A stretch of 64,000 nt of DNA from a virus, in UHGV virus genome UHGV-0213393; one strand, given 5' to 3'. Of the stretch, positions 47,255 to 58,500 are shown piece by piece. Each line of letters begins with the position of its first letter. Positions within the stretch are counted from its first letter, which is position 1. Under the pieces are notes generated by a model. It was not told the origin of the DNA, ran no database searches, and saw only the letters and a program-made list of their open reading frames with translations. The position numbers and the translations under genes were made by a program.

Positions 47255-48660
47255 TTCCTTTGAACCGTGGCCCGGGAAAAACGACCGCTTTCCGTTCAGG
47301 TTCGCTTTCTGATGACTGCCGCCACCAGGCGCTTTCGTGACTGCTCCCCGCCCTGTCGGGCAAGGCTTCCCACTTCTCAGGCCGCAACCGTCTGTTCGAC
47401 GGATTTACGCTGGCCTCCATGGACAGAAACGACGAGTCCCGCCGCCTTTAGTTCCAGTATTCCTTTTTGCCGGATGTTGAGTGCCGCATTGATATCGCGG
47501 TCATGTTCTCCTCCACATTCAGGGCATCGCCAGATGCGTTTATGAAGTGGCATTTCCGGCGTTTTGTAACCACAACAATGGCACGTTTTCGAACTGGCAA
47601 ACCACTGGTCGAGTTTTACCAGGTGAACGCCTTTTGTCGCTGCCTTGTACTCCAGCTTTGTGATGAAGCTGTGCCAGCCAGCATCACCTATCGCTCTTGC
47701 CAGATTGTGGTTTTTCATCATGTTGGCTGTTTTCAGCGTCTCCACAATTACCGCTTGGTTTTCGTCGACAATCGCGCGAGAGAGCTTGTGTTGAAAATCA
47801 GCACGGGCATTCGCCACCCGTTCGTGTAAGGCCGCAAGACGGATTCTGGCCTTTTTACGATTCGCGCTTCCCTTTTGCTTACGGGATAATGCTTTTTGTT
47901 TGCGTCGCAGATTACGACCTGCATTGATGAGATGGCGAGGATTCGGAACTTTTACAGCATCAGAAGTGATGGCATAGTGCTCCAGCCCCATATCCAGACC
48001 TGTAATCTTTTCTTCCTTCAGGTACGTGGGTTTCTCTGGTGCGGAAGCGCCATCGTCACGAAGAATGGAAGCGTAGTATTTCCCCGTTGCAGAACGGGTG
48101 ACAGTGATGCTTTTCAGCTTTCCATGAAGTTCACGATGAAGGCGTGCTTCTATCGGGGCCAGTTTGGGGATTTTGATGGCATTATCCAGCACCTTAATCC
48201 CGACACAGTGATAGCTCGATTGTTTTCCGTGTTTGCGTTTAAACGTCGGGAACCGCGCTTTCAGCTTCGGATTAAAAAAGTTGGAAAATGCCACATCAAG
48301 ATTGATTACCGCCTGTTGCAATGCCATTGAATCAAATTCTTTGAGCCAGGCATACTTACGGGACTTCTTCGCTACAGACAGCAACGGCTTCAAATCTTTG
48401 CGCGGATTTAAATTCACCCCATATCGCCGGTAAGCGTGTTTTTTGATGTGAAGAGCTTTATTGTACGCAAAGCGTACCGCGCCGAACTGGGCATTGAGAT
48501 ACTTTGCCTGTTCCGGTGTTGGATAGATGCGTACTTTTGTTGCTCTTAACATAGTCACTGCTCATTGGTACAGGTTTTTATGCTAACACCGTAATAATAT
48601 TTTTAAAGCCCTGTGGGCTTTTCCGCCTTTCCTCCCCGCCCGCATTGGGCGAGGGTTCTC
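47255..48660 (-). mobile_element. IS200/IS605-family element carrying tnpB only (IS1341-like); boundaries approximate
   Basis: TnpB ORF flanked by subterminal regions sharing CTCCCCGCCC (about 47343 and 48632) and hairpins; no tnpA. Confidence 0.55.
47377..48558 (-). CDS. tnpB: TnpB (OrfB) RNA-guided endonuclease-type transposon protein
   Basis: 393 aa with C-terminal zinc finger CHCCGYK...CPECGGEHDRDINAALNI and typical basic N-terminus. Confidence 0.8.
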   Translation of the reverse strand: MTMLRATKVRIYPTPEQAKYLNAQFGAVRFAYNKALHIKKHAYRRYGVNLNPRKDLKPLLSVAKKSRKYAWLKEFDSMALQQAVINLDVAFSNFFNPKLKARFPTFKRKHGKQSSYHCVGIKVLDNAIKIPKLAPIEARLHRELHGKLKSITVTRSATGKYYASILRDDGASAPEKPTYLKEEKITGLDMGLEHYAITSDAVKVPNPRHLINAGRNLRRKQKALSRKQKGSANRKKARIRLAALHERVANARADFQHKLSRAIVDENQAVIVETLKTANMMKNHNLARAIGDAGWHSFITKLEYKAATKGVHLVKLDQWFASSKTCHCCGYKTPEMPLHKRIWRCPECGGEHDRDINAALNIRQKGILELKAAGLVVSVHGGQRKSVEQTVAA

Positions 48661-48917
48661 GGCGGTTGTTTGCTGAATACTTCACAAGTTTCCTTATGCG
48701 ATTTATCCATCGTGGGCGATAAGAATGGCAACACAAAAGATATAAAACACAACAAAAATGTTTATAAATATAACTTTTGTGTTTGGTGGTTGCGTTTTTG
48801 GAAAAGCATTTCTGCATATGAAAAAACATCAGCATATGGTGAAAACAACGAAAAATTACTGATGAAATCACACACTGGATAAGCTGCCACGAAATCGGAA
48901 ACCTTTTGCGGTGAATC

Positions 48918-50603
48918 ATGGCAACGAAAGACAAAAACAAGGGCTTTATGTCGGCATTGAAGAAAGCCTTCAGCGGTGGTGATGTTACGCCTGCCGATCC
49001 GGTCGTATTTGCGAGCGGGCATAGCGTCGTTGCTCGTTCTGGCCTGTCCGCCTTGCGTCCTGGCATCCTGGGGAGCAATAGCGATGGCATGACAAGCGCG
49101 GCGGATACTGTATCTATATCGGCAGAATTACCGAGTGACCGCCTGCAAAAATACAACATACTGGAGACGATGGCGAAAAGTCCGACTATCTCCACAGCAT
49201 TAAACATTCACATTGCGCATTCTCTGGCTCCATCAAAAAAAACAGGCCTCGCATTTATTCTCTCTCCGAAAAATGGGGCGGATAAGGAGGCTGTAAGTCG
49301 ATGTGAGGAATTGACCGCTGATTTAAGCTCAATGATTAATGATGGCCTGCCATCGTGGGCCATGATCATGGCTATTTTCGGTGTGTCGTATATCCGTCCA
49401 TATGCAGAGCAAGGGAAGGGGATAACTGGAATTGAGTCGAGCTATTACACGCTCCCTCATTTCGTTCAGGAGTTTTATCGCGGTAGCCAACTTGTCGGAT
49501 TCAGCGGTGATTATATTCTGGATACGCATACTTTGCGCAGAGTTATAACCGAACCGTGGAATCTGGTTTCCATGAAAAACCCGTACTGGACGCCTCAGCA
49601 TAAAGTAATGCCAGTAACTTACGGCACTAAAGGCTATTCCTTGCTTAGTGAACAGCAGGACAAGCCGTTAATGGAGACGCAGAACTACGGTACGTCGTTT
49701 CTTGAATACAGTTATGAACCCTACCTGAATTTATGTGCCGCGCTTGCTGCGCTGAAAGCAACGCGAAACAACGCTGCAAAAATTGATCGCCTGATTGCAC
49801 TCACAACGAACACGATAGATCCGGTAAATGCGGCGAATTATACGCGCGGGGTCAGCCAGGCACTGAAGCGTCATAGCGACCTCGTAGCGCAACGGTCGAT
49901 TAATTCTAATGCTCTCCCATCTGTACTTAACCATCTGATACCCGTCATGGGGGATGGGAAGAACGGGATCACCATTGATACGCAATCTATACCCGCAGAT
50001 ATCAGTGGTATCGAAGACGTTATGTTTCATCTCCGACAGCTCGCGGCAAGCCTCGGTATTGACGCAACAATGCTTGGCTGGGCTGATCAGATGAGTGGTG
50101 GACTTGGAGAAGGCGGTTGGCAGCAAACAGCTATCCAGGCCGCCTTACGCGCGAACTGGATCAGACAGGCCGCCCAGCGGACTATTTATCGGCTTCATGA
50201 CATTCACCTCGCTTATAAATACGGGAAGGTTTACACCGAAAAAAACCGTCCTTATGACGTGCAATTCAACTCAATGAACACAGCTATCCAGGAAGAGGAA
50301 AACCGAGAGCTGGATGCGCGCGCCAACTTCGTAGCTGTCATCTCGCAAATAATGGACCAGATCCAGAACAACCCGAAACTGGCGGGTAGCGACGCGTTTA
50401 TGCGTTATCTGTTCACCGAACAGCTTCGTATCGACGATGACACTCTCAACACAATGATCAAAGAGTTTAAGGCGAATGAATCAGAGCAAAACAACGAGCA
50501 TGGTATGTACGAATCCGCGCCGTTGTCGTCCGGTGACGATCCGGAAAACTGGACGCAAGAACAATTAATCAACTTTGCAAAATTTGTGATGAGCAATAAT
50601 TAA
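48918..50603 (+). CDS. putative portal protein
   Basis: 561 aa followed by a protease/scaffold-like gene; assignment by size and position only. Confidence 0.4.
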   Translation: MATKDKNKGFMSALKKAFSGGDVTPADPVVFASGHSVVARSGLSALRPGILGSNSDGMTSAADTVSISAELPSDRLQKYNILETMAKSPTISTALNIHIAHSLAPSKKTGLAFILSPKNGADKEAVSRCEELTADLSSMINDGLPSWAMIMAIFGVSYIRPYAEQGKGITGIESSYYTLPHFVQEFYRGSQLVGFSGDYILDTHTLRRVITEPWNLVSMKNPYWTPQHKVMPVTYGTKGYSLLSEQQDKPLMETQNYGTSFLEYSYEPYLNLCAALAALKATRNNAAKIDRLIALTTNTIDPVNAANYTRGVSQALKRHSDLVAQRSINSNALPSVLNHLIPVMGDGKNGITIDTQSIPADISGIEDVMFHLRQLAASLGIDATMLGWADQMSGGLGEGGWQQTAIQAALRANWIRQAAQRTIYRLHDIHLAYKYGKVYTEKNRPYDVQFNSMNTAIQEEENRELDARANFVAVISQIMDQIQNNPKLAGSDAFMRYLFTEQLRIDDDTLNTMIKEFKANESEQNNEHGMYESAPLSSGDDPENWTQEQLINFAKFVMSNN

Positions 50604-50616
50604 CCGGAGGGAAATA

Positions 50617-51615
50617 ATGCAATCACTGAATACCGTTACGGATCGCTTCTCCCTGGTAGAGAAAATCCGCAAACACACACCTCAGAACAATCGCAATTAC
50701 GTTATCCAGTCGGTACGAGACACATTCAACTCGCCAGAAACAAAAGAGCGTATCGCACTGGGTGAGATGTATGGTTATTACGGTCATGGTCGCCGGGCGA
50801 TGCACTATAACAAAACGAAAAGCCTGGACTTGCCGGAAGTCTCTGTTGTGATGGTAGATGGGAAGCCTGTTGTATTGGAGAACGTGCCGTCAAACAGGAC
50901 TATCGACATTTCAATTGACGACAACGGCATTGTTACCCATACACAGGAAATACTGGATACGGACACCGGACGTATTGTTCAGGGTATGATTAATTCTGGC
51001 GCAGGTGGTTGGTCATGGGCTACATCTGGTCCAGATTACTCTGTATCCCTGGTAAAGTCTTTTCACGGTTTTGATTACGTAACTGTGCCTAACTATATCA
51101 GCCTCGACAAGAAAAGCCTGATGCTTGAATCAGCAGAAGAACGCGACGCGGCGATTCATGCGGCACTTATCGAACAAGGTTTTACCGATAATGCTGCTAC
51201 GGATCTGGTTCACCACTTTTCAGCAATGAAGAGTCAGCAAGCCATACTCGAATCAGCACAACGTGAAGTTCTGGAGTCGGAACTGATACATCTTGAAGTG
51301 GAAAATATGCAGCTTCGCGACAAACTACGTGACCAGGCCGCGATGATGGAAAGCCAGGGGGAGAACGCGAAGAAATGCCGCCGTATTTTGCGTGATGCTA
51401 TCCAGGAAATGCCTGTTTTTATCAGCACAGAGCAGCGCCGGGCGCTCTGCCGTATGCAGTCAGAGGATGATGCACGCATTGTCGCAGCGATGCTTGAATC
51501 CCTGGGGGCTAATGCCACTTATGGTTTGCCAATATCAGCCAATAAACAACAAGAAATACCGGTGAAAGAGAATAAGACGGTGACTCCGCTGATCTTTGTT
51601 TCTAAGAGGATGTGA
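50617..51615 (+). CDS. putative prohead protease/scaffold protein
   Basis: Position after portal candidate; coiled-coil C-terminal half. Confidence 0.35.
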   Translation: MQSLNTVTDRFSLVEKIRKHTPQNNRNYVIQSVRDTFNSPETKERIALGEMYGYYGHGRRAMHYNKTKSLDLPEVSVVMVDGKPVVLENVPSNRTIDISIDDNGIVTHTQEILDTDTGRIVQGMINSGAGGWSWATSGPDYSVSLVKSFHGFDYVTVPNYISLDKKSLMLESAEERDAAIHAALIEQGFTDNAATDLVHHFSAMKSQQAILESAQREVLESELIHLEVENMQLRDKLRDQAAMMESQGENAKKCRRILRDAIQEMPVFISTEQRRALCRMQSEDDARIVAAMLESLGANATYGLPISANKQQEIPVKENKTVTPLIFVSKRM

Positions 51616-51734
51616 GATAAAAGCTGGATTAATTTTCTAACACAGTGTGTTTTTATACACTGTTGATCCGACGGCACGTGATCGAGTAGGATCGCGGTCA
51701 CTGCTCCGGTAGCGACTGCCAAAAAAAGCAAAAG

Positions 51735-51758
51735 CCGCTGAGTAGCGGCTTTTGGGTG
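51735..51758 (+). terminator. rho-independent terminator AAGCCGCT-GAGT-AGCGGCTTTT
   Basis: Hairpin and T run read from sequence. Confidence 0.5.
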
Positions 51759-51814
51759 TATAAATCCACTGGCATAGATTTATACGGTAGATAGATTTTT
51801 CACGGAACTATCTG

Positions 51815-52762
51815 GTGAGTATTTTAAATTCAGTTTCAGTTACTTTCAACACTTCTGAGTATAAAAACAACACTGAATACCACAAAAAAATCAAAGGTCA
51901 TCAGTTGAGTTTTTTTGCTCGTCATAGCGGTTTTCTTTCCCCTTCACATAGCGCCATTATTGCCGAGTTTGCCAACCTGGCAGGAGCTACCGATGAATAC
52001 ATGATCCGTCGCTCATATGCTGATATGTCCGTGATTACAGGACGCAGCATTTCTACTGTGCGCCGGGCATTTACCGAAGCGACGAAGTGCGGAATGCTTG
52101 TTAAGCAGCATCAGGTAGCGAGTAACAATGCTCAGGTGTGTAACGTGTACCGGTTTACAACACAATTTCTCCACTTCATTCATGTAGCAATGGAGATAGG
52201 GAGTAAGCAGGGCATCAAATTTGCCAACGCCACAAAACTGGTTAAGCAGTTGATTTCAAAGGTTCGTTATTTTTTTGAAACTGGGAACCCCCTGTTCAAA
52301 TTGAACAAGTCCCCCCATGTTCAAAATGAACAGCCAATAGAAAATAAGAGTCACTCTATAGCCAAAAGAAGAGAAAGATCATGCGCGGTTCAGCCAAAGG
52401 CTTCACCAGCAGATAGTTCTCAAGCGGATAATGGCTTGACAGTAATCAGGGAAGAACATACCAACCACTGCCTGGCGGCAGCAAAAGCGAGAGCTGCAAA
52501 GCGTCGTTCAGACGAGGGGTACGCAAAACGGCAGGCTCTGTATCGTACCGCTGAAAAACTGGCAAAAAAATTTGCATGGTTACGTAGTGCTACCACAGTG
52601 AATAAGCCCAAACGATCCAGCGCCCTGGATTTCTCTATGGATTATTCTGCTTCCCAGGGATGTGCAACCATCAATGAAGCATTTGACCTGATGAAACAGC
52701 GTGGCTATAGGTCTGAATTTGACCGGGAAGACTGGTCAATTCCGGAGGGCTTTCGGGGATGA
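51815..52762 (+). CDS. HTH-domain protein (regulator or replication-associated), function unknown
   Basis: HTH-like segment YADMSVITGRSISTVRRAFTEA; operator-like motif upstream at about 51640. Confidence 0.45.
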   Translation: MSILNSVSVTFNTSEYKNNTEYHKKIKGHQLSFFARHSGFLSPSHSAIIAEFANLAGATDEYMIRRSYADMSVITGRSISTVRRAFTEATKCGMLVKQHQVASNNAQVCNVYRFTTQFLHFIHVAMEIGSKQGIKFANATKLVKQLISKVRYFFETGNPLFKLNKSPHVQNEQPIENKSHSIAKRRERSCAVQPKASPADSSQADNGLTVIREEHTNHCLAAAKARAAKRRSDEGYAKRQALYRTAEKLAKKFAWLRSATTVNKPKRSSALDFSMDYSASQGCATINEAFDLMKQRGYRSEFDREDWSIPEGFRG

Positions 52763-53401
52763 TGTTGCGATTGACTGTACAATAACCGTGCGGCGGGAAT
52801 TTCATCGCTCGAAAATGTATGTTAGAAAATTAAATTGATGTTTCTAATCAAGAATGTATGATTTACATCGTCACAAAAAAACAGCATCTGATAAAAATTC
52901 TGTTGATCTTTCTAATGTTCAGGCTTATATTCATGCCGTCGTAGCAAATTCTGCGACCAGGTTTGACAGCCTGAATGTTAGTGCGGACAACCGCAGATTT
53001 CCGATATTGCGGTATTTTTGTGTCCGTAAACCGCGTTACGCCCGAATTATGGTGGGGCGTGATGGGGAGGCTTCGGCCTGCTGGTTTCACTAACGCCAGT
53101 CTGTCAACCCTGTCACGTCCTGCCACCTGTTTGACAGCGGGTAGCAGGTTGTTAAACCTGTTAGTGAGGCCGTAACTATGGTTAATGCCAATCCTTGCTC
53201 ACGTCCAGAATTCATCTGGCGTTTCCACTCCCTGCAAAAACACTGCGATCACTTCGCAATTGCCGCAACCGAAAAAGAAGCCCGTTCTCTGATCCCTGAT
53301 CAATATGGTGTTCTTACTGGTCGTTTCTCTACTTCCCCACAACCAAACACTAATCCCTGGTATCGCAATATTACCAATCCCGGCATTGCGGAGGCTCACT
53401 G

Positions 53402-54109
53402 ATGGATATCTGCATTCTCGAAAAGCCATCAATGACCAGCATTGAGATCGCGGAGCTGGTGGGAAGTCGTCCAGATAACGTAAAAATATCAATAGAGCGC
53501 CTGGCTAAATCTGGAGTTATTCAACTTCCTGCATTGCAGGTTTTCGAAAAAATCAATAACTTAGGACTACGCCGTAGTGTCGAGGCTTACGTCTTCGAAG
53601 GCGAGCAAGGCAAGCGCGATAGTATTATCGTCGTCGCGCAGCTCTCTCCCGAATTCACCGCCCGGCTGGTGGACCGCTGGCGCGAACTGGAAGAACAAGT
53701 ACGCCAGCCGTTGACCGAAATAGAGATGATCGCTGCAATGGCTGCAAATGCAGTTCAGCAGCAAAAGCGGCTTCATGTTGTTGAGTCAAAGGTTAGCCAG
53801 GTTGCTGAAACCGTCGAGCAAATAAAGAAAGGCAATATTCCGGAAGGCTACATTGGCTATCGCCAGTTAGCGGCGAAATGCGGCCTGACTGAAGCCAAAT
53901 GCCGCAACCTGGTCAACGCTTACCAGATCCCCACAGATACTCATGAGTTTTTGACGCCAGAGGGGGTATTGTCGCGTCGTACTATTGTGGCCTTATCTCC
54001 CTTCATGAATGCCTTTACCCTGATGATGTCGGAGGCTGAACACCGAGGAAAACGCTGGTATCACCCAAGGATGGGGCAATTCCAGGTGATCGGTTGGGGA
54101 GGCGAGTGA
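53402..54109 (+). CDS. rha: Rha-family phage regulatory protein
   Basis: N-terminal MTSIEIAELVGSRPDNV typical of Rha; likely start at the internal MTSIEIAEL. Confidence 0.75.
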   Translation: MDICILEKPSMTSIEIAELVGSRPDNVKISIERLAKSGVIQLPALQVFEKINNLGLRRSVEAYVFEGEQGKRDSIIVVAQLSPEFTARLVDRWRELEEQVRQPLTEIEMIAAMAANAVQQQKRLHVVESKVSQVAETVEQIKKGNIPEGYIGYRQLAAKCGLTEAKCRNLVNAYQIPTDTHEFLTPEGVLSRRTIVALSPFMNAFTLMMSEAEHRGKRWYHPRMGQFQVIGWGGE

Positions 54110-54306
54110 TGGACATCATGCAGGCGGTAAAAAAAATCAGGGAAGGACAGGCTGAAGTGTGCCGCCGTGAAGCATGGAGTGTTGGTGTATGGGTCTGGCC
54201 TGATAATTGCTCTACTACCGGATGGTTTTGTATTAATGGATGCCAGATCCGGGAAGTCGATTTATCGACGGCGGATGCAGTCGGTAATGATTGGATCGTA
54301 ACTTGA
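54094..54306 (+). CDS. small Rha-associated protein
   Basis: Overlaps the rha stop by 16 nt in another frame; homologous segment is fused in frame in the first copy (5-610). Confidence 0.5.
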   Translation: MGRRVMDIMQAVKKIREGQAEVCRREAWSVGVWVWPDNCSTTGWFCINGCQIREVDLSTADAVGNDWIVT

Positions 54307-54314
54307 AGTGTGAT

Positions 54315-54338
54315 GCCCCGGCCTGGCCGGGGCTTTTT
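54315..54338 (+). terminator. rho-independent terminator GCCCCGGCC-T-GGCCGGGGC plus T5
   Basis: Hairpin and T run read from sequence. Confidence 0.55.
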
Positions 54339-54829
54339 CATACCTCATTAGTTGAGGTCGCTGCGTCTCCGACTGGTAACAGAGCTGTATTGCGTGGTTC
54401 TCCAGTAGGCCAGCGATAGCCAGACACTCTTGATGTGGGGAATGCGCGAATATTAACAGCATCCCCCTGGTTCCCACCCAAGACAAGCAGATCGCCATTG
54501 GCGCGGCGTCCGACAACAAAGCCTACATGCCCACCGCCTGTGCGAGTAAATACAACGATACATCCATATGCCGGTGTATCTAATTTCTCGCCCCAATCCA
54601 GATAGGATTTTGCCGACTCAAATCTTGTTGAGCGGATGCCTACACGTTCCAGCATTGCACCAACAAATGCAGCGCACCACGGCGTTTCGTCGTCTTTAAT
54701 TCCGCTGCGCTTAATATCCCGCCAGAACTGGACGATCTCAGGATTGTGTTTCGCTCCTTTTATTTCGGTGACTCCAATATTTTTACGGGCTTCAATAAGC
54801 CAGCGAGGTTCATTATTGATCATAATCAT
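54338..54829 (-). CDS. cysteine-peptidase-type peptidoglycan hydrolase (CHAP/NlpC-P60 superfamily)
   Basis: Candidate catalytic Cys (ETPWCAAFVG) and His (GGHVGFVV); N-terminus MIMINNEPRWLIEARKNIGVTEIKG typical of this phage-associated family. Confidence 0.55.
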   Translation of the reverse strand: MIMINNEPRWLIEARKNIGVTEIKGAKHNPEIVQFWRDIKRSGIKDDETPWCAAFVGAMLERVGIRSTRFESAKSYLDWGEKLDTPAYGCIVVFTRTGGGHVGFVVGRRANGDLLVLGGNQGDAVNIRAFPTSRVSGYRWPTGEPRNTALLPVGDAATSTNEV

Positions 54830-55016
54830 GCTCCGAATGAAAAAAGAGCAATAACTATGTTGAGAATGTGATTTCTATTACACCAAACATTATTAAACGG
54901 CATTCATCTTTAACTTTATTCAATGTATTATCTAACAGAAAAGTTAAACTGCGCTAAGTTAGTGATAACATTGGTTATTGTTAGCTTGCGTTATCTATTT
55001 GAGTAAAGAGATTGTC

Positions 55017-55490
55017 ATGAAAAAAACAATATTAGCGGCTATTGTTTGTGCATTTGCATTATCAGGATGTGCGCCTATTCAAAAGCAAGTCGTAAAACGC
55101 CCTGCATTTCCCGTAGAAGAGTACCAGGCATTGCCGAAAGAAGGCACTGGCAAGGTTAAGGGGGAGTTATTTGGTATGACGCGTGGCGGCGATGTGAAGA
55201 TTGGGGCTGGTTCTAAAATTACTCTCCGCCCATATACGACGTATATCAAAAACACCCCACAAATTAATTACAATACGCAGATCTTGGAAACAATCGATGG
55301 CCGGGCTGTGGAATATGACAAAACTGTCCTGACAGATGCTCAAGGCAAATTTGAATTTGAAAACGTACCACCAGGCCAATATGAGGTGTTTGGTTCGTTC
55401 AGTTGGTATGCAGGTAATTATCCGCAAGTTATTATTCTGGATGAAATCATCACCGTTAAGAACGGGGATGTTATCCAGGTACAACCATGA
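55017..55490 (+). CDS. lipoprotein
   Basis: Signal peptide with lipobox MKKTILAAIVCAFALSGC. Confidence 0.6.
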   Translation: MKKTILAAIVCAFALSGCAPIQKQVVKRPAFPVEEYQALPKEGTGKVKGELFGMTRGGDVKIGAGSKITLRPYTTYIKNTPQINYNTQILETIDGRAVEYDKTVLTDAQGKFEFENVPPGQYEVFGSFSWYAGNYPQVIILDEIITVKNGDVIQVQP

Positions 55491-55585
55491 TCCCTTTTGA
55501 GTAAGAACCTTCGGGGTGTGATTCTGCGAAATTAACACACTCCATACCCTCTCAAACCGTACCGCTTAAGGCGGATTTAACGGTT

Positions 55586-58500
55586 TTGAGGGGGCTTCCT
55601 TTGGACAAAATAATTGATTCAATTAGCCAGGCCACCAGCATTGGGGCGCTGATTGAAATTGTTAGTCGGTTGCATAAACCGCGAGCTGTAGTGACCTTTG
55701 GCGTTAAGAAAGTCGATGGCGTCAGTATTCAGAAAACACGCCGGGCAGCAAACAACGCCGCAGTAAATCTTCTTAATTCCCTTCCGCCTGGCTTCGATGG
55801 GGCGAAATTAACTGACGAACAGCGCCAGATTCTTGCCGGGTATACCGGTGAAGGCGGCCTGACAGATGGTGAGGGCAGCCAATACGAATACTATACGCCA
55901 CAGTTTATGGCAGAAGGTATATGGGATCTCTTCGGCGACTACGGTATTGATAGCGGTCACGTACTGGAACCGTCAGCAGGCACAGGTATTTTCCAGGAGA
56001 CAAAACGGCAGGGCATGATAATGACCAGCGCCGAACTGTCTCCGATCTCCGGTCGAATAAACCAGCTTTTGCACCCGGAAGATGATGTGAATATCGGGGC
56101 GTTTGAGGCGCTGGCGGCGAAAGATGCAATGTATGACCACGCAGTTGGTAACGTACCGTTTGGCGAAGGGCGTTCCGGCGTCGCCGGGCTTGATCCGGCA
56201 TATGCAAACGAGAAGAACGTTGGCAATTATTTTGTGCTGCGCACGATCGACAAGGTTAAGCCTGGTGGACTAATTGTATTGGTGGTGCCGAATGGCATGA
56301 CCGATGGTACGAAATACAAAAAATTGCGCGATAAAGTCAGCCGTAAAGCGGAATTTTTGGGCGCGCATCGTATGCCTTCTGGTACGTTCAGCGAATCCGG
56401 TACAGATACCGTGGTGGACGTATGGGTATTGCGTAAACACCCGGAAACCTTCCTGGAGATGATCCCCGACACGGATGATGCAACGCTCAAATCGGCAAAC
56501 GTCCTTTGGGATACCTTCCTCAAAGGGAAATGGTTTACAACCGAAGGGAAGCGATTTGTTTACGGCGACATGGAACGCACCAGCTTCCGCAATACCCTGG
56601 TGGTGAAAAAGGACGGTCGTGTATCCAATGAGTCGATGAAAACCGCGTTATCACGCCGCTTTGAAAGCCGTATTAATTGGGATTTGCTCGGAGTAACTAC
56701 CCAGGCATGGCAGGGCGCAAAAGTAGGGGATAAGCGTCTTGTAGGCGGTATCTGGCATGAGTTTGATGGCCTGAAATGGGTTAAGGACACGACAACCAAA
56801 TCCTCCGCGCTTGATGTAAGTCGATATGGTGTTTCGACGTTTGGCGATCTGCAGATCGCGTTCCAGTCAACAAACGGGATTCTGGCTTTGTCATGGGACC
56901 AGATATCGGCGATCGCGTCCGACTATCCATCGGTTGTCAGTGATGAAGTGGCAGCAATGATTCGCTTTGCTGGCAAACAGCGAGAAAAAGACAGGGAGCG
57001 CGTTATGCGCGGTGCGTTGATAGGGCAGTTGATCAACAAGGCACTTGATTTGCGTAACCTGGGGGTGAACGTTGATGACAAACTGGCAGATGCATCCCGT
57101 CTGGCGGCAGCAGAAGTTGCGAAGTATGGACCACCGCACGCGATTAAGCTGAATGGGCTTGCTGAAGCTGGCGCTAAAAACTGGATGACGTTCACTGGCA
57201 ATGTGAAACAGGATGGTTCCACTTCTGACCTTCTGGCAGGGCGACTTGATGTAACGGATGGTGCTGCCGGTATTGACTTTACACGTCCGGAACAAGTGAT
57301 AGCACATCTTTTCAGTGATGTAGCCCTTAATCCTATAACGCTGGGCGACTTTCGTGAGGCGTTTGCTGGTGAACTGCCAGAGGACGACGACGCGGCCCTT
57401 GAATACCTGGCGAAATTTGATGATATCGCTATTGATGGGTATGGCTGCCTGCTGCCGATGGACCGCGCCACCAGCGGCGATATTGTAACCAAAACAGCAT
57501 TGCTGGTGGGCTGGCGTGATGCATCAACAGGTGAGCAGAAAGCGAACTTTGAGCGTCAGTTGGCGAAAATCGAAGAGAAACGCATTTTCACGCCACTAAA
57601 TAAAGTCACCGTTAATCTGAACGCCCGCTGGCTGGATCGCCGCTTGATAAAAGAGTTCCTGGCAGAGCAGGGCTATGACGAGTTTAAGTACACTGAACCT
57701 GATCTGAAGGTCGTCGATGGCATTCTGGTATCTCCGGACGATTACGAAGGTAAGGACGGGGTATTTACCGGCTATCAGCTACGAACCGTAAACGGCAAAA
57801 ACGGGAATGAGTTCAAGAAGGCCAACAATAAAGACGGCTTCCTGAACCAGTTAGAAAACTACCTGAACGGTGTTAAACCGCGTGGGCAGAACGCTAACGA
57901 GTACCTGGATAAAATTGCTCAACTGGAAGTTAGCTTTAACGACTGGTTACGCACCCACCCGCAGGCGGATCAGATAGCCCGTGACTATAACGACGCATTC
58001 AATGGCTTCATTCCGTTCACGCACTCTAACGCACCGCTTGGCCTGGAAGGGATTAGTGGAAAGCGCATTCCTCTGACTTATCAGAATGAAGAAGTTCGTC
58101 GCTTGTCAGAAGATGGGCGCGGCATCATGGGATTTGGTACCGGGCTGGGTAAAACCACGACCGCGCTTGCGCTTGAGGCGTATAACTTCGAAACAGGTCG
58201 TACTAAACGCACGTGTATTGTTGTTCCGAAGGCGGTTTATCAGAACTGGTATCACGAGGCACAGAGCTTCTACAGTGCTGATGCCTTCGCCAATATGATG
58301 TTTATCGGTCTGGATGAAGTTCGTGATGACAGCGGAAATATTCTGACCGCTCCGGTGCTTGATGAAAATGGCGAACCCCGCCTCGACAGTAACGGGCAGC
58401 CTCTTACCAGAAATGTTGTGAAAGAGTCCGCCAGCGCCGTTATCGTTCAGCGCATGAACATGATCCCGTCGTCAAATTGGCGAACGGTCATCATGACAAA

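Noticed and set aside
48578-49207. 209-aa minus-strand ORF spanning the IS left end and the portal gene start
   Set aside because: Crosses a mobile-element boundary and overlaps a well-supported plus-strand gene; odd Cys/His/Phe-rich composition; likely non-coding.
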